IMG/VR virus record: IMGVR_UViG_3300032093_000024
From: an uncultured virus (IMG/VR IMGVR_UViG_3300032093_000024)
Lineage: Duplodnaviria; Heunggongvirae; Uroviricota; Caudoviricetes
Length of the DNA: 64,000 bases
Direction: 5' to 3' (one strand)
The translations under genes and the position numbers were made by a program. The notes below the pieces were generated by a model. The model was not told where the DNA came from. It did no database searches and saw nothing but the letters and a program-made list of their open reading frames with translations. Of the stretch, positions 28,001 through 38,600 are shown one piece after another (positions within the stretch are counted from its first letter, which is position 1; each line of letters opens with the position of its first letter).

Positions 28001-31000
28001 AATTACGTTACCATCATAATAGTTAAGGTACAATTGATACCCACTACCAGCATCCAAATGTAAGTTACCATTTGTAGATGCTACCGAAGGAGTACCACTA
28101 TCAACTAACCCTTGTCTACCATCAGTACCAACATAAAGATACGCTCCCCAAGTTGGATTTGGGCCAAACAAAATACCACCACGCATTCTTCCTGCGGATT
28201 GGGAAGTTGAATTAGGGTCTATATAATAACCACTATCATTTGCATCATAGAATATAGTTCCATAAACCGAACCACCAAAGTATGCAATAGGACTACCACT
28301 TTCTCTACCTATGTAAGCAAATTGGTTATTACCAGAGGTATTATCCATAAATCTTACATAAGAGTTGTTGTTATTATCATTTGAGTCAACCCTTAAAATA
28401 ATATCATTAAATGAGTTTATACTTATTGAATCACTAAACGAACCATTTAAATCAGTAGATGCAATACCATGATAATAATATAAATCATAACTAGCGTTCC
28501 AGTCAAATGAAATGTATGCCATTCTAGTTAGATACGCACTATATGTTCCGTAAGTTCCCCAAATTGAATATTCAGAACCAACTCTAAACGAACCCTGTGC
28601 TCTTATATACGAATCAACATAAACATTTCTACCACCACTAGAACGAATCCAAGTACTATCTTGCATATACCATCCGCCACCCCAACCAAATCTAAGCTCC
28701 TCATCTTTAAGGAAGGTTGATGTACCTCTACCAAATACAATTGCATCGTTATTACCTAACAATTGTACTGAACCATTTATGAATAATCTATTATTAGTTA
28801 TACTACCAACAGTTGCTGAGTTGTCTGATGCGGTGTATGAAAAATCCGATGTTGATATACCAACTCTTTCAGATGAATCAGAATATAGGACTAAGTTTCC
28901 ACCATATCCAGTTCTGTTAAATTCAAATCCGTTTAAGTTCCATATTTGTCTTCCACCACTCGCATATGTTCTCGTCTGCCAACTTCCTAATGAACCATTA
29001 CTATGTCCAAAGTAAATAAAATTAGCACCGGTGATACCCATATCACCATTTACATTTATACCAGAAACATCCCATGCTGCTCCTGAAGAACCAACAGCTA
29101 ATTGTTGTAGTCTTGATTGTCCATCACCATCTATACGATATGCTGAGTTTGCTAAATCATAGAAAATATATGTTTGAAGATAGTTGTTGTATATACCCCA
29201 ACCATCAACTCTTACGTTCAAATCACCACTGTCCGAACTCATGCGGAATTCTCCAGCAGCTCCATACATTCCTATTCCAGTATATCCCCAATCATTATAT
29301 CCAAATCTTAATCTACCACCATATGAACTACCATTCCAATAAGGAATTGTTACTGATTGTTTAAATTCTTCATGAGTTGCCTCTCTAATTCTTGGTGCAT
29401 AAAAATATGTTTTACTTCCGTTCACACCACCATAACAAGTACCAAATCTCATTTGTACTCTACGAGTTGATGAGTGCATTACACCATCTGCATTTGAGTT
29501 TGTATTATCAATTACATTTGATGATGTTGATGCGTATCTATCTACCCCTTCCGTATTTCCTTGAGGTGATGGAGTTCTCCAGCTTCTAAATTTATGAACT
29601 AATTTAACCCATGTACCACCAGTATTTAATGGTGATGTATGGAAATACGGATTTGAACTTATACCCGTACCATCAGTCCTTTGCTCATTCCATCCAACAT
29701 AAAGGTTATCATTACCTGTACTTCTTACCCATACGATGAATTCATAATCTTTTTCAGCATTAACTTCTACCCATTCGGTAGTGTACCATTGATAACAACC
29801 TGAAGGGTTACCATTACCGGTAGAAACGTGCGCTTGAACAACTGTGCCATCAATGAATGTAATTGCTTCATATATACCACTACCATTTACACCAACATCC
29901 GTACTTCTTACGTTTAGTGTTGCACCACCTAAATTTTGTGGATATACAGTATTAAGTCTTGAAGAGCCTGCTGGGTCTAAATAATAGTATGTATCATTAT
30001 AATCATAATAAATTGGTGAACGCATATCGGTTACACCATAAACTCTATTATAGAATATTTCACTACCATTTAAGTAATATGTACTTTGATTATTAAGGAA
30101 CATATTACCATTTACTTCCTTTCTAATATCCCAACTTGCCCAAGCTCCATTTAAAAATCCGTAGTTAGCACCAGTACCGTAAATTTGTACTTTATAACTA
30201 CCACCACTATTTTGTAATAATAATCCTACATCAGAGTTATTATTCTGACTTCTGATTGCAATATTAGAACCATTGTTTGATGTATAATAATGTCCAGCAA
30301 TTGTTGCGTTAGCAAATGTTGGTGAGTCAGTTGTTCTTACATCCTGATTCATATTTGCTGCATAAGGATACGATGTTGTATCCATTATACGTTTCCACGC
30401 ACCCCAAGATGTACTTGAACCATATCTCAACCACATATTACCATTATCCGTAAATCCTAATTCATTTGCTCCGCCGCCACTCCAATCAGTAGTTGAACCA
30501 TATTTTCTAAAGTACATTACGCCATTGTAAGTACCACCATCATTTAATCCATTTGTAGAATTTTGTTTGAAATCAAATCTAACGCCCTGATTTGCGTTTT
30601 GTGTTTGTGGTGTACTAGCTGTTGCTCTTGTATCTTGTACATTTATAAATGTTGCAGTTGTTGCAGTTGTTGCATTTCCAGATAAACTACCAACAAAAGT
30701 ATTTGCTGTTACTTGATTAAAAGTTACATTATCAGTAGTACGCAGATTTTGGTTCATTAAGTAAACCTCTGTAGCTCCTTGACCGGTATCAATAGTACCT
30801 GTAAGAACCACATTACCATTTACATATAAAGTATTATCCGCTGTCCATCTATCATTTGATTCATCCCAATAAAACGAAACAGTTGCTGAAGAACCTCTCC
30901 TTACTTCAATACCAGCATTTTCAGTTGGTGCACCTGAAGTAAAGTTTGAGTTTAACGTTATAATATTATCAGCAAGATTTATTGTTTCGGTATTAATTGT

Positions 31001-33637
31001 AGTTGTTGTACCACTTACAGTTAAGTTACCAGTAATTGTTGCATTACCAGTCACTGTCAATAATGTACCATCAAAAGTTAAATTACTTTCAACAGTACCA
31101 TTTGGTGCACTTCCATTTAATGTGATTACACCATTATCAGTTGTACCAGTTAATGCTAATAAACCAGATGAACCACCACTACCTGAAGTTCCTGCAGTTC
31201 CACCACTACCCGATGTACCCGATGTGCCACCACTACCAGAAGTACCAGATGTACCACCACTTCCTGCGGTGCCTCTTGTACCAGATGAACCACCACTACC
31301 TGCAGTTCCAGATGAACCACCGCTACCCGATGTGCCGGCAGTACCACCACTTCCTGCACTACCGGATGTGCCTCCGCTACCAGCAGTACCAGATGAACCT
31401 CCACTACCTGCAGTTCCAGATGAACCACCGCTACCCGATGTACCAGAAGAACCTCCACTACCTGCAGTTCCAGCAGAACCAGATGTACCTCCACTACCAG
31501 ATGAGCCAGCAGAGCCACTTGTTCCTGCTGAACCAGAACTTCCCGAAGAACCTGCTGAACCAGATGTACCCGAAGTACCACTATCTCCTGTTCTTACAAA
31601 ATCAAGAACCAATTGTGCGTTATTTGAAGGAAGTGTACCACTTACATAAGAAACAGGAATTTTAAAATAGCCTGATGCGTTTGTTACCGCGCCATTAACT
31701 AAAAATATATTATTAACAGTACCACTATCTCTTGAAGATAATACTACATATCCTCTAGCTCCTAATGTTGTACTATCATCCCATGTATTAAGCCATGCTA
31801 ATTGGTTATTGCCATTTTGGTCTAAAATATCAATATAGATAAATGTTACTGAACCGATTGTTGCATTATTATACTGAACCTTACCATTACCAGGATCAGT
31901 ATCAGTTATTATTGTACTAAAATCATACTTGATACCACCACTTTGTCCACTTGTACCACCACTACCAGCAGTTCCTGCTGAACCAGATGTACCAGATGTG
32001 CCGGCACTTCCAGAAGTACCTGTTGTACCAGATGAGCCGGTTGTACCTGAAGTGCCTCCACTTCCAGATGTACCCGAACTACCACCAGAACCAGAACTAC
32101 CACTTAAACCCGATGAACCTGCTGAGCCGGATGTACCCGCAGTGCCTCCACTACCAGATGTGCCAGAACTACCAGATGTACCTGATGTACCTCCACTACC
32201 TGAAGAACCTGCACTACCACCTGCTCCTGTAATACCAGAAGAACCCGTTGAACCGGATGTGCCAGAACTACCTGAACTGCCTGATGTTCCTGATGTTGAT
32301 GAAGAACCCGAAGAACCGGATGTACCTGCACTACCACCTGCGCCTGAAATGCCAGATGTACCTCCACTACCTGCTGTACCAGCACTACCTCCGGTACCAG
32401 ATGAACCATTTGTACCAGAACTACCTGATGAGCCAGAAATACCGGATGAACCCGTTGTACCAGAAGAACCTGTGCTTCCCGAAGAACCACCACTACCTGC
32501 AGTACCCGTTGTACCTGCCGAGCCGGTTGTACCAGATGAACCGGTTGTACCAGATGAACCCGAACTACCAGAACTTCCTGATGAACCCGAACTACCTGAA
32601 GAACCAGAAGTTCCTCCGCTACCCGATGTACCACCGGAACCAGATGTGCCTCCTGAACCAGAAGTACCACCGGAACCAGAAGTTCCTCCACTACCAGAAG
32701 TACCTGATGTACCTCCGGATCCAGAACTACCTGAACTACCACCACTACCAGATGTACCAGATGTACCACCACTACCCGAAGTTCCTGAAGAACCCGAGCT
32801 ACCAGATGTGCCACTTGTACCACCACTACCAGAACTACCTGAACTACCACCACTACCTGATGTACCAGAGCTGCCGCTTGAACCAGAAGAACCTGATGAG
32901 CCTCCACTACCTGATGTGCCAGAAGTACCAGATGTACCAGATGTTGCTGCTGCAAATCTTCTACCTACTCTGCCTGTTGTTAAGTTTACAACTAAAACTT
33001 CATTCGTTGTATTATCAGTAGGTATTGTATCACCAGTAACTCCTATTGAGCCACTTACTGAAAGTGAACCTGTAATTTCTTGTCTATCTGATGTTGCATC
33101 ACCAAATTTATTTGAACCACTTGCATAGATAATTGATGATGATATGAATGTTGTATGTAATTCGGTTGTAGTAATTTTTCCACCAACTACTAAATTATTT
33201 GCAATTGTTGCATTACTACCAATTGTTGCACTTCCACTTACTATTAAAAAATTATCAATAGAAACACCAGTGTTTACAATCAAACCTTTATTTGGTGAAA
33301 TATTTGCAATTGCTGAACCAGACTTTAGTTGATTCAAATCCCCAATTGCAGATGCATTAATATTAAATAATCCACCACCATCGCCTCTAAATAAAGAAGC
33401 CGATATTGATGATGAAATATTTAAAGAACCGGTAATTTGTACATTACCTAAAATTTGTATCGGAGAATTAGATTGTGATACAATTAAATTTGTTTGTACA
33501 CCAGAAGCACTAAAACTACCAACTATACTCACCGATGCAGATGAAAAGTCAGCAATTTTACTTCCACTTACAAATAATCCAATTAAGGATGAACTTAATT
33601 GATTTAAACCATTAGGACTTTTACCTAAATACTCCAT
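25019..33637 (-). CDS. Long tail fibre with Gly-X-X tracts and C-terminal peptidase S74 intramolecular chaperone
   Basis: 2872 aa; SDRRLKDNV..ALEKVLKLRGVEFDWK..IGFIAQEVE..LLVNAMKEQQAQIEEL; 8 copies of IxYDxNxxxYYxDP; two GSS/GTS tracts. Confidence 0.88.
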   Translation of the reverse strand: MEYLGKSPNGLNQLSSSLIGLFVSGSKIADFSSASVSIVGSFSASGVQTNLIVSQSNSPIQILGNVQITGSLNISSSISASLFRGDGGGLFNINASAIGDLNQLKSGSAIANISPNKGLIVNTGVSIDNFLIVSGSATIGSNATIANNLVVGGKITTTELHTTFISSSIIYASGSNKFGDATSDRQEITGSLSVSGSIGVTGDTIPTDNTTNEVLVVNLTTGRVGRRFAAATSGTSGTSGTSGSGGSSGSSGSSGSSGTSGSGGSSGSSGSGGTSGTSGSSGSSGTSGSGGTSGTSGSGGSSGSSGSGGTSGTSGSGGTSGSGGTSGSGGTSGSGGTSGSGGTSGSSGSSGSSGSSGSSGSSGTTGSSGTTGSAGTTGTAGSGGSSGSTGSSGTTGSSGISGSSGSSGTNGSSGTGGSAGTAGSGGTSGISGAGGSAGTSGSSGSSSTSGTSGSSGSSGTSGSTGSSGITGAGGSAGSSGSGGTSGTSGSSGTSGSGGTAGTSGSAGSSGLSGSSGSGGSSGTSGSGGTSGTTGSSGTTGTSGSAGTSGTSGSAGTAGSGGTSGQSGGIKYDFSTIITDTDPGNGKVQYNNATIGSVTFIYIDILDQNGNNQLAWLNTWDDSTTLGARGYVVLSSRDSGTVNNIFLVNGAVTNASGYFKIPVSYVSGTLPSNNAQLVLDFVRTGDSGTSGTSGSAGSSGSSGSAGTSGSAGSSGSGGTSGSAGTAGSGGSSGTSGSGGSSGTAGSGGSSGTAGSGGTSGSAGSGGTAGTSGSGGSSGTAGSGGSSGTRGTAGSGGTSGTSGSGGTSGTSGSGGTAGTSGSGGSSGLLALTGTTDNGVITLNGSAPNGTVESNLTFDGTLLTVTGNATITGNLTVSGTTTTINTETINLADNIITLNSNFTSGAPTENAGIEVRRGSSATVSFYWDESNDRWTADNTLYVNGNVVLTGTIDTGQGATEVYLMNQNLRTTDNVTFNQVTANTFVGSLSGNATTATTATFINVQDTRATASTPQTQNANQGVRFDFKQNSTNGLNDGGTYNGVMYFRKYGSTTDWSGGGANELGFTDNGNMWLRYGSSTSWGAWKRIMDTTSYPYAANMNQDVRTTDSPTFANATIAGHYYTSNNGSNIAIRSQNNNSDVGLLLQNSGGSYKVQIYGTGANYGFLNGAWASWDIRKEVNGNMFLNNQSTYYLNGSEIFYNRVYGVTDMRSPIYYDYNDTYYYLDPAGSSRLNTVYPQNLGGATLNVRSTDVGVNGSGIYEAITFIDGTVVQAHVSTGNGNPSGCYQWYTTEWVEVNAEKDYEFIVWVRSTGNDNLYVGWNEQRTDGTGISSNPYFHTSPLNTGGTWVKLVHKFRSWRTPSPQGNTEGVDRYASTSSNVIDNTNSNADGVMHSSTRRVQMRFGTCYGGVNGSKTYFYAPRIREATHEEFKQSVTIPYWNGSSYGGRLRFGYNDWGYTGIGMYGAAGEFRMSSDSGDLNVRVDGWGIYNNYLQTYIFYDLANSAYRIDGDGQSRLQQLAVGSSGAAWDVSGINVNGDMGITGANFIYFGHSNGSLGSWQTRTYASGGRQIWNLNGFEFNRTGYGGNLVLYSDSSERVGISTSDFSYTASDNSATVGSITNNRLFINGSVQLLGNNDAIVFGRGTSTFLKDEELRFGWGGGWYMQDSTWIRSSGGRNVYVDSYIRAQGSFRVGSEYSIWGTYGTYSAYLTRMAYISFDWNASYDLYYYHGIASTDLNGSFSDSISINSFNDIILRVDSNDNNNNSYVRFMDNTSGNNQFAYIGRESGSPIAYFGGSVYGTIFYDANDSGYYIDPNSTSQSAGRMRGGILFGPNPTWGAYLYVGTDGRQGLVDSGTPSVASTNGNLHLDAGSGYQLYLNYYDGNVIYFGGGAYNNWGEFSSGIFYAYNQMRSPIFYDYNNTGYYVDPNGNSNIYSLTSGYFYVNGYGYDTSNSDQWPYIYWLRAGSWDEGLIKHSTSRGYWGREGFGIHMSSSKSFSILTSGWTGVAQFHPDGHLWVRDQMRAGIYYDANDTTYYVNPAGDSRFSGIYLSGISSSSNGIYFYGVVGDNPGSYNHTALIERIWRNGDESELLLFKGNDPDTSTIHDRLRVAATGRIVFHSTATYGNVNDYISAAGTGNIEGSGYFYGGEFHVPGNIQTPIMYDRNNSGYFVDPAGRSRLSSMDYGNGGYYLAGGSWGYRHNTPYGYIEFGPANSSHAHIYTDRSNFYYNVYEMYLNGYRVAMYNWWVGNMYLGSGGDFYATIFYDSNNSGYYINPDGGSSMNQVTTNNLYIRPGYMLHSDPGGWTGEHYKLQWHSSHMYGQIYGNGYFIMRYGSDGLESHQFARDGNYWNRYMGWMSNYINQNVRTDAGPTFQEVYVNGWFRNNTSGHGLYNQNRGMHWYSNNGYWKSAGGGYGYGGIVMYNNYESDLRGYAGYWDGSGFGMLNSSGNWQIRIEYGNAHMELYRVTWANDMRAYIFYDRGDTGYYMDPNSRSQWLGLENRGKGNISLTGRSNWRRPQDYTGDVYYWTGNMGWGTTDFNWVMDWGSGDIDTWSNPANQPPGTSHWVGVQSYHYTWSYNSGYGWQLVGGPVDRLWFRNSWPNNSGWKAQVDSNNRGEYCIPTYDYNHYSRVYFTYNRGYYATQTDSAMCQPYSTGNNGAFMSFHKGGYYALNLGLDGDNVVRWGGWSSRWQRYYLNDDTIGTPYVVRANFDNYGGGGMWVSDDGDLADVNDGYLSLRASYGLRIFSGNRGGGANINLRYDGVIIASNNIIAYGSPSDRRLKDNVKFYENALEKVLKLRGVEFDWKEGTDEYETTGLRHDIGFIAQEVEDIEPLLVRADEAGYLAIRDRAMPALLVNAMKEQQAQIEELKAKVKMLEEKLGLG
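31163..31589 (-). repeat. Coding Gly-X-X (GSS/GTS/GTA/GSG) tract, ~140 aa
   Basis: 9-nt periodic degenerate repeat in the 2872-aa gene. Confidence 0.9.
31935..32945 (-). repeat. Coding Gly-X-X tract, ~335 aa
   Basis: 9-nt periodic degenerate repeat in the 2872-aa gene. Confidence 0.9.
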
Positions 33638-33649
33638 TCATTACAACTT

Positions 33650-33982
33650 TTATGTTATCTCCAATACCGAAACAATTACATCCGCTGAACTAGCTAATGA
33701 TGATGTTACTGAAAGAAAATCTCCAGTCTCCAATACTAATTTTTGTTCACCACCAACTAATACGTTAGAACTACCAGGTAAAATTAATGAATCCTTTACT
33801 AAATACGCTGTTTTATTGGAAGAACTATCTCTTACCATCACACTAACAGAAATATTTTGAGAATTTACATTTGCTACACCAACTCCAATTACGGTTGTTG
33901 ATGTGTTTGCAGGTGTTGTATAAACTGTCACACCTGTTGTTCCAATTGAACCTGTAATACTATTTTTAAAAGCGTTTGCCAT
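33650..33982 (-). CDS. Small beta-rich virion protein
   Basis: 110 aa; MANAFKN..VYTTPANTSTTVIG..KLVLETGDFL..VSVLEIT; paralogous to the termini of 46292..47224. Confidence 0.7.
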   Translation of the reverse strand: MANAFKNSITGSIGTTGVTVYTTPANTSTTVIGVGVANVNSQNISVSVMVRDSSSNKTAYLVKDSLILPGSSNVLVGGEQKLVLETGDFLSVTSSLASSADVIVSVLEIT

Positions 33983-33993
33983 TTATTCTAATT

Positions 33994-34275
33994 TTATCCT
34001 AAAGCTATTGCAAATGCAATTGCTGAATCTAAAACATTTACTCCATCTACTAAATATCCTCCAGCAGTTAAATTCATAGAACCTGTCATTCTAATTGAAC
34101 CACTAACTGATAAACTATTATTTACAACAAGATTATCAAATGATGCTTGTTGTACATCAATAGTACCTTTAAAAGAACCCGTCACCGAACCAGTAAACGA
34201 ACCACTCAAATCCGCATATGCGTTATTTCTATCTTGAATGATTGAACCTGAAAATATGGGGCTGTGAATTACCAT
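33994..34275 (-). CDS. Small fibre-like virion protein
   Basis: 93 aa; SGSFTGS repeats, ends AIAFAIALG. Confidence 0.7.
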   Translation of the reverse strand: MVIHSPIFSGSIIQDRNNAYADLSGSFTGSVTGSFKGTIDVQQASFDNLVVNNSLSVSGSIRMTGSMNLTAGGYLVDGVNVLDSAIAFAIALG

Positions 34276-34323
34276 TTTACCTTAATTATTAAACTTATAG
34301 GTATAAATATAAAACAATCCCAA

Positions 34324-34767
34324 TTAAGGTTTTACCGGCCATACTATATTAAAAGGGGTTGTTTGTGTTGTCACATCTCTTAACTGTTGTCTATACGATT
34401 GCCAAATTGTTTTAGTTTCATTTGGAATATCAGCTAATTGTGTCCAATCACATTCTATTAATAATTCGTTTCTAATTTGTCTAATTTCTTCCCACTTAAT
34501 TTCTATTCTATTATCTATCTCACTTTGCGAGGCGTTGGTTTGAACCCAATTTTGATAATAAACACCATCTACTAATATTGGTGTTCCTTCGGTAATATTT
34601 TTTGTATAATCATTTGGTTTTGGGGTTTGTCTTACTTCAAATATATTATATTCATTCATTACCGATTCCGTCATCTCTGATGGGAAACTGATTCGCGGAT
34701 TATCTTCTCTTAATTGTTTTAAAGAGTAAGGATATGTTGTTTCATTATTTACAATTCTTAAATACAT
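34324..34767 (-). CDS. Tail fibre assembly chaperone
   Basis: WEEIRQIRNELLIECDWTQLAD..WQSYRQQLRDVT..WPVKP. Confidence 0.8.
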   Translation of the reverse strand: MYLRIVNNETTYPYSLKQLREDNPRISFPSEMTESVMNEYNIFEVRQTPKPNDYTKNITEGTPILVDGVYYQNWVQTNASQSEIDNRIEIKWEEIRQIRNELLIECDWTQLADIPNETKTIWQSYRQQLRDVTTQTTPFNIVWPVKP

Positions 34768-34769
34768 AA

Positions 34770-35669
34770 TTACTTAAAGTTTAATGGAATTGAAGCAAAA
34801 TTAGATAAACCTGTGCAGTTATTAAAACAATCAACTCCCGATGGTGTTGGTACTCTATTCCAAAGTTCTGGTGCTGTACCTGTTAAAGAATTTGTAGTTG
34901 TACTCATATTGTAACAACTATTAAAAATTGTTACAGAAGTATTAAAGGTAAATTGTAAAACGTTTGTTAATGATAAACAGTTTCTAAATGTACCCGAAAA
35001 GTTTGTTGCTAATGTGTTTTGGTCAAATAATGTTGATGGTACTGATGTTAAACCGGTACACGCAAAAAAGCAAGAAGAAAATATAGTTGCACTTGTATTT
35101 GCATCAAATAATCCCGAAGGCACTGTTGATAACGTTGGTATGGATGAAAACGTATCCGAAAATGTTGTTGCTAAAGGAGAGAATGCAAATATATCCGAAG
35201 GTATCGTTGTTATACGTGTGGCTCTCATAAAATTTGCAAATGAACGCATTTCATTTAAGCCATCGTAGCCACCAACTGCACTCATACTTGCACTTGAAGG
35301 TATAGATGTAATATTTACACATCCATAAAAATTTATAGTTCTAGAACCAACACTACCCCATTGAACAATCGCTGTTATTAAATTTCTAATTGATGCCGAA
35401 TTATTTACTGTAAAGCCAGGCATTAATCCGCTAATTGTAATTGTATATGTTCCAGCAGAAACATAAGTATGAATTCTTGCTACCGAAGAAGAAGAAGTTA
35501 TTAAACCAGAATTAGAACCATCTCCCCAATCTATATTAAGATTTGGAGAAAGACCTCCAAAATCAGATAATGGACAAGTAAAAACGGTGTTTGCCGCTGT
35601 TGTTGTTACTTGAAATTTAAAAGGAAACGTTTCTTCTCCCGTTGGTATTAATTTTCTTGCTATACTCAT
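34770..35669 (-). CDS. PKD-like domain + BspA-type leucine-rich-repeat protein
   Basis: IDWGDGS..HTYVSAGTYTITISG then repeats LTSVPSTLFDQNTLATNFSGTFRNC. Confidence 0.75.
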   Translation of the reverse strand: MSIARKLIPTGEETFPFKFQVTTTAANTVFTCPLSDFGGLSPNLNIDWGDGSNSGLITSSSSVARIHTYVSAGTYTITISGLMPGFTVNNSASIRNLITAIVQWGSVGSRTINFYGCVNITSIPSSASMSAVGGYDGLNEMRSFANFMRATRITTIPSDIFAFSPLATTFSDTFSSIPTLSTVPSGLFDANTSATIFSSCFFACTGLTSVPSTLFDQNTLATNFSGTFRNCLSLTNVLQFTFNTSVTIFNSCYNMSTTTNSLTGTAPELWNRVPTPSGVDCFNNCTGLSNFASIPLNFK

Positions 35670-35680
35670 AACTCTAATTA

Positions 35681-38600
35681 TTAACTAATATTTTTTCCTA
35701 CTACAAATCCGTAATATGTTGTACCACCATTAAATGTAAAGAATGTTAATACATCCGTACCGGCTGATGTTAATACAGGTGCTGTACCACCTGGCCAATC
35801 AACACTTGCTGGCCATGTTATAGCAAATGCTCCCGCATTTACTGTTGTTAAAGTAAATCCAAACGCGTTTGAAGCAGGTGGATTACTAAATGCTATTGTT
35901 GCGGCTCCATTAAATTGTCTTCTAAAGTTATTACCGGTTGAAAGGTCAATTGTTACACTTCCACCAGTTCCTTGGTCTGCATAAGTTTCTCTAAATGTTG
36001 TTGCTGATATGAAAGTACTTGCAGCAATTGAAGTTGTTACTGTCACATTTCCGGTAATAGCCAATGTACTACCATTGAATGTCATATTATCTTCAACTCT
36101 TACATTCGGAGGTGTTCCTTCTAATGTTAATACACCATTATCAAGCGTACCACTAAATGATGCGAATCCAGAAGTACCATTTGTACCATTTACACCAGAA
36201 CTACCGTTTGTCCCCGATGTTACTCCTAATGCTGAAGTACCAGACGTTCCACTTACACCAGCACTACCCGATGTACCAGATGAAATTCCTGGTGTTGATG
36301 TGCCCGAAGAACCCGATGTTCCACTAAATCCATCAGTACCAGATGTACCAGAAGTAAAGCCTGGAGGAGTTGTTCCTGAAGTACCTGATGTACCTGCGTC
36401 TCCTTGCGAACCTTGTGCTCCAGATGTACCAGAAGTTCCACTACTTCCAAAGAATGTACCATTTAGACCAGAACTACCAGAAGTGCCAGATGTACCATCG
36501 GTACCTGTACTACCAGAGCTTCCAGCTGAACCATTTGTTCCATTTACACCCGAAGTGCCATTTGAACCAGAGCTTCCTGCAGTTCCACTACTTCCAAAGA
36601 ATGTACCATTTAGACCAGAGGAACCCGAACTACCAGATGTTCCATCAGTACCACTTACTCCAGAACTACCTGCGGTGCCAGTTGAGCCTGAACTACCCGA
36701 TGTTCCACTACTTCCAAAGAATGTACCATTTAATCCACTGCTACCTGAACTACCTGAAGTACCAGATGTTCCACCGGTTCCGTCCAATCCAGATGAACCT
36801 GCGGTACCTGTACTACCCGAACTTCCTGCGGTACCAGATGAACCAAAGAATGTACCATTTAATCCTGAACTACCAGAAGAACCTGATGAACCAGCTGAGC
36901 CAGTTGTACCTCCACTACCAGATGTACCCGATTCGCCTGAAGAACCAGAAGAACCCGATGAACCACTACTACCAAAGAATGTACCATTTAGACCAGAACT
37001 ACCTGAAGAACCCGAACTTCCACTTATACCCGATGTACCGTCTACGCCACTTGTCCCTCCGGTGCCCGATGTACCTGTGGTACCAGATGAACCAAAATAA
37101 GTTCCATCTAAACCAGATGTACCTCCACTACCCGAAGTGCCATCAGTACCAGAGAGCCCGCTAGAGCCTGAAGTTCCATCTAATCCAGATGAACCTGCAG
37201 TACCAGTGGTACCGTTTGTACCCGATGTACCCGAACTTCCAAAATATGTACCATCTAAACCAGATGTACCTGCTGAGCCAGTTGTACCATCCGAGCCGCT
37301 ACTACCAGAGCTTCCTCCACTACCAGATGAACCAGAACTACCCGAACTTCCCGATGTACCTGATGAACCAAAGAACGTTCCATTCAAACCAGAAGAACCG
37401 GATGAGCCAGAACTACCAGATGTACCGGATGTGCCTCCACTTCCACTACTACCATCGGTACCAGATGAGCCGGATGTGCCACTACTTCCATCTATACCAC
37501 TCGTACCATCAGAACCAGTTGTACCAGATGAGCCCGTTGTTCCTGAACTACCAGATGAACCTGCACTACCCGATGAACCTGCTGAACCAGATGAGCCATC
37601 AGTACCGCTACTACCATCACTGCCAGAGGTGCCCGAAGTACCTTCAGAGCCGGTTGTACCAGAAGACCCGGTTGTACCAGATGAACCTGATGTTGATGAT
37701 GAACCCGATGAACCCGAACTACCTGAGCTTCCACTTGTACCATCAATTCCACTTGTGCCATCAGAGCCAGTTGTACCGGATGAACCCGTTGTGCCACTGC
37801 TACCTGCGGTGCCAGAACTTCCTCCCGAGCCGGAACTACCATCAGTACCCGAAGAACCTGCAGTTCCAGAGGAACCAGAACTACCCGATGAACCTGATGT
37901 ACCCGAACTTCCTGAACTTCCTGATGAACCTGAGCTGCCCGCTGAACCGCTACTACCATCAGTACCAGATGAACCATCACTTCCGCTTGTACCAGAACTA
38001 CCCGAACTTCCTGAACTTCCTGATGAACCAGATGTGCCAGATGTACCCGATGTACCGGATGTGCCATCAACACCTGAAGAACCTGCAGTACCAGAGCTTC
38101 CAGATGTACCCGAAGAACCTGTTGTACCAGATGAACCCGTTGTGCCTGAGCTGCCACTAGTACCACTACTACCAGATGTTCCTGAACTTCCAGAACTACC
38201 AGATGAACCTGATGAACCTGTGGTACCAGAACTTCCACTTGAGCCAGAACTACCCGAACTACCAGATGTTCCCGATGTGCCATCTACTCCGCTTGTTCCT
38301 GAACTTCCTGAAGTACCTGCTGAACCCGTAGTACCAGATGAGCCGGAACTTCCTGAGGTGCCACTTGTACCGGATGTGCCCGATGTGCCTCCACTACCTG
38401 AAGTACCTGATGTGCCCGCTTCACCACTACTACCTGAAGTTCCCGAAGTACCAGATGTACCATCTGAACCAGATGTTCCCGATGAGCCTCCACTACCAGA
38501 ACTACCACTTGTGCCGCTTGTACCAGATGTACCACCCGTACCTGCAGTTGCAGATGAACCAGAACTTCCTGATGTACCAGAACTTCCTGAGGTGCCAGAT

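Noticed and set aside
31122..33128. Plus-strand 175- and 399-aa PEVP-type ORFs and off-frame minus ORFs
   Set aside because: Same shadow effect of the Gly-X-X tracts in the 2872-aa gene.
36440..37395. Regularly spaced ~20-nt repeats (ccaaagaatgtaccattta) as a CRISPR array
   Set aside because: In-frame coding motif with synonymous variation; spacers are 100+ nt of low-complexity coding repeat; no cas genes.
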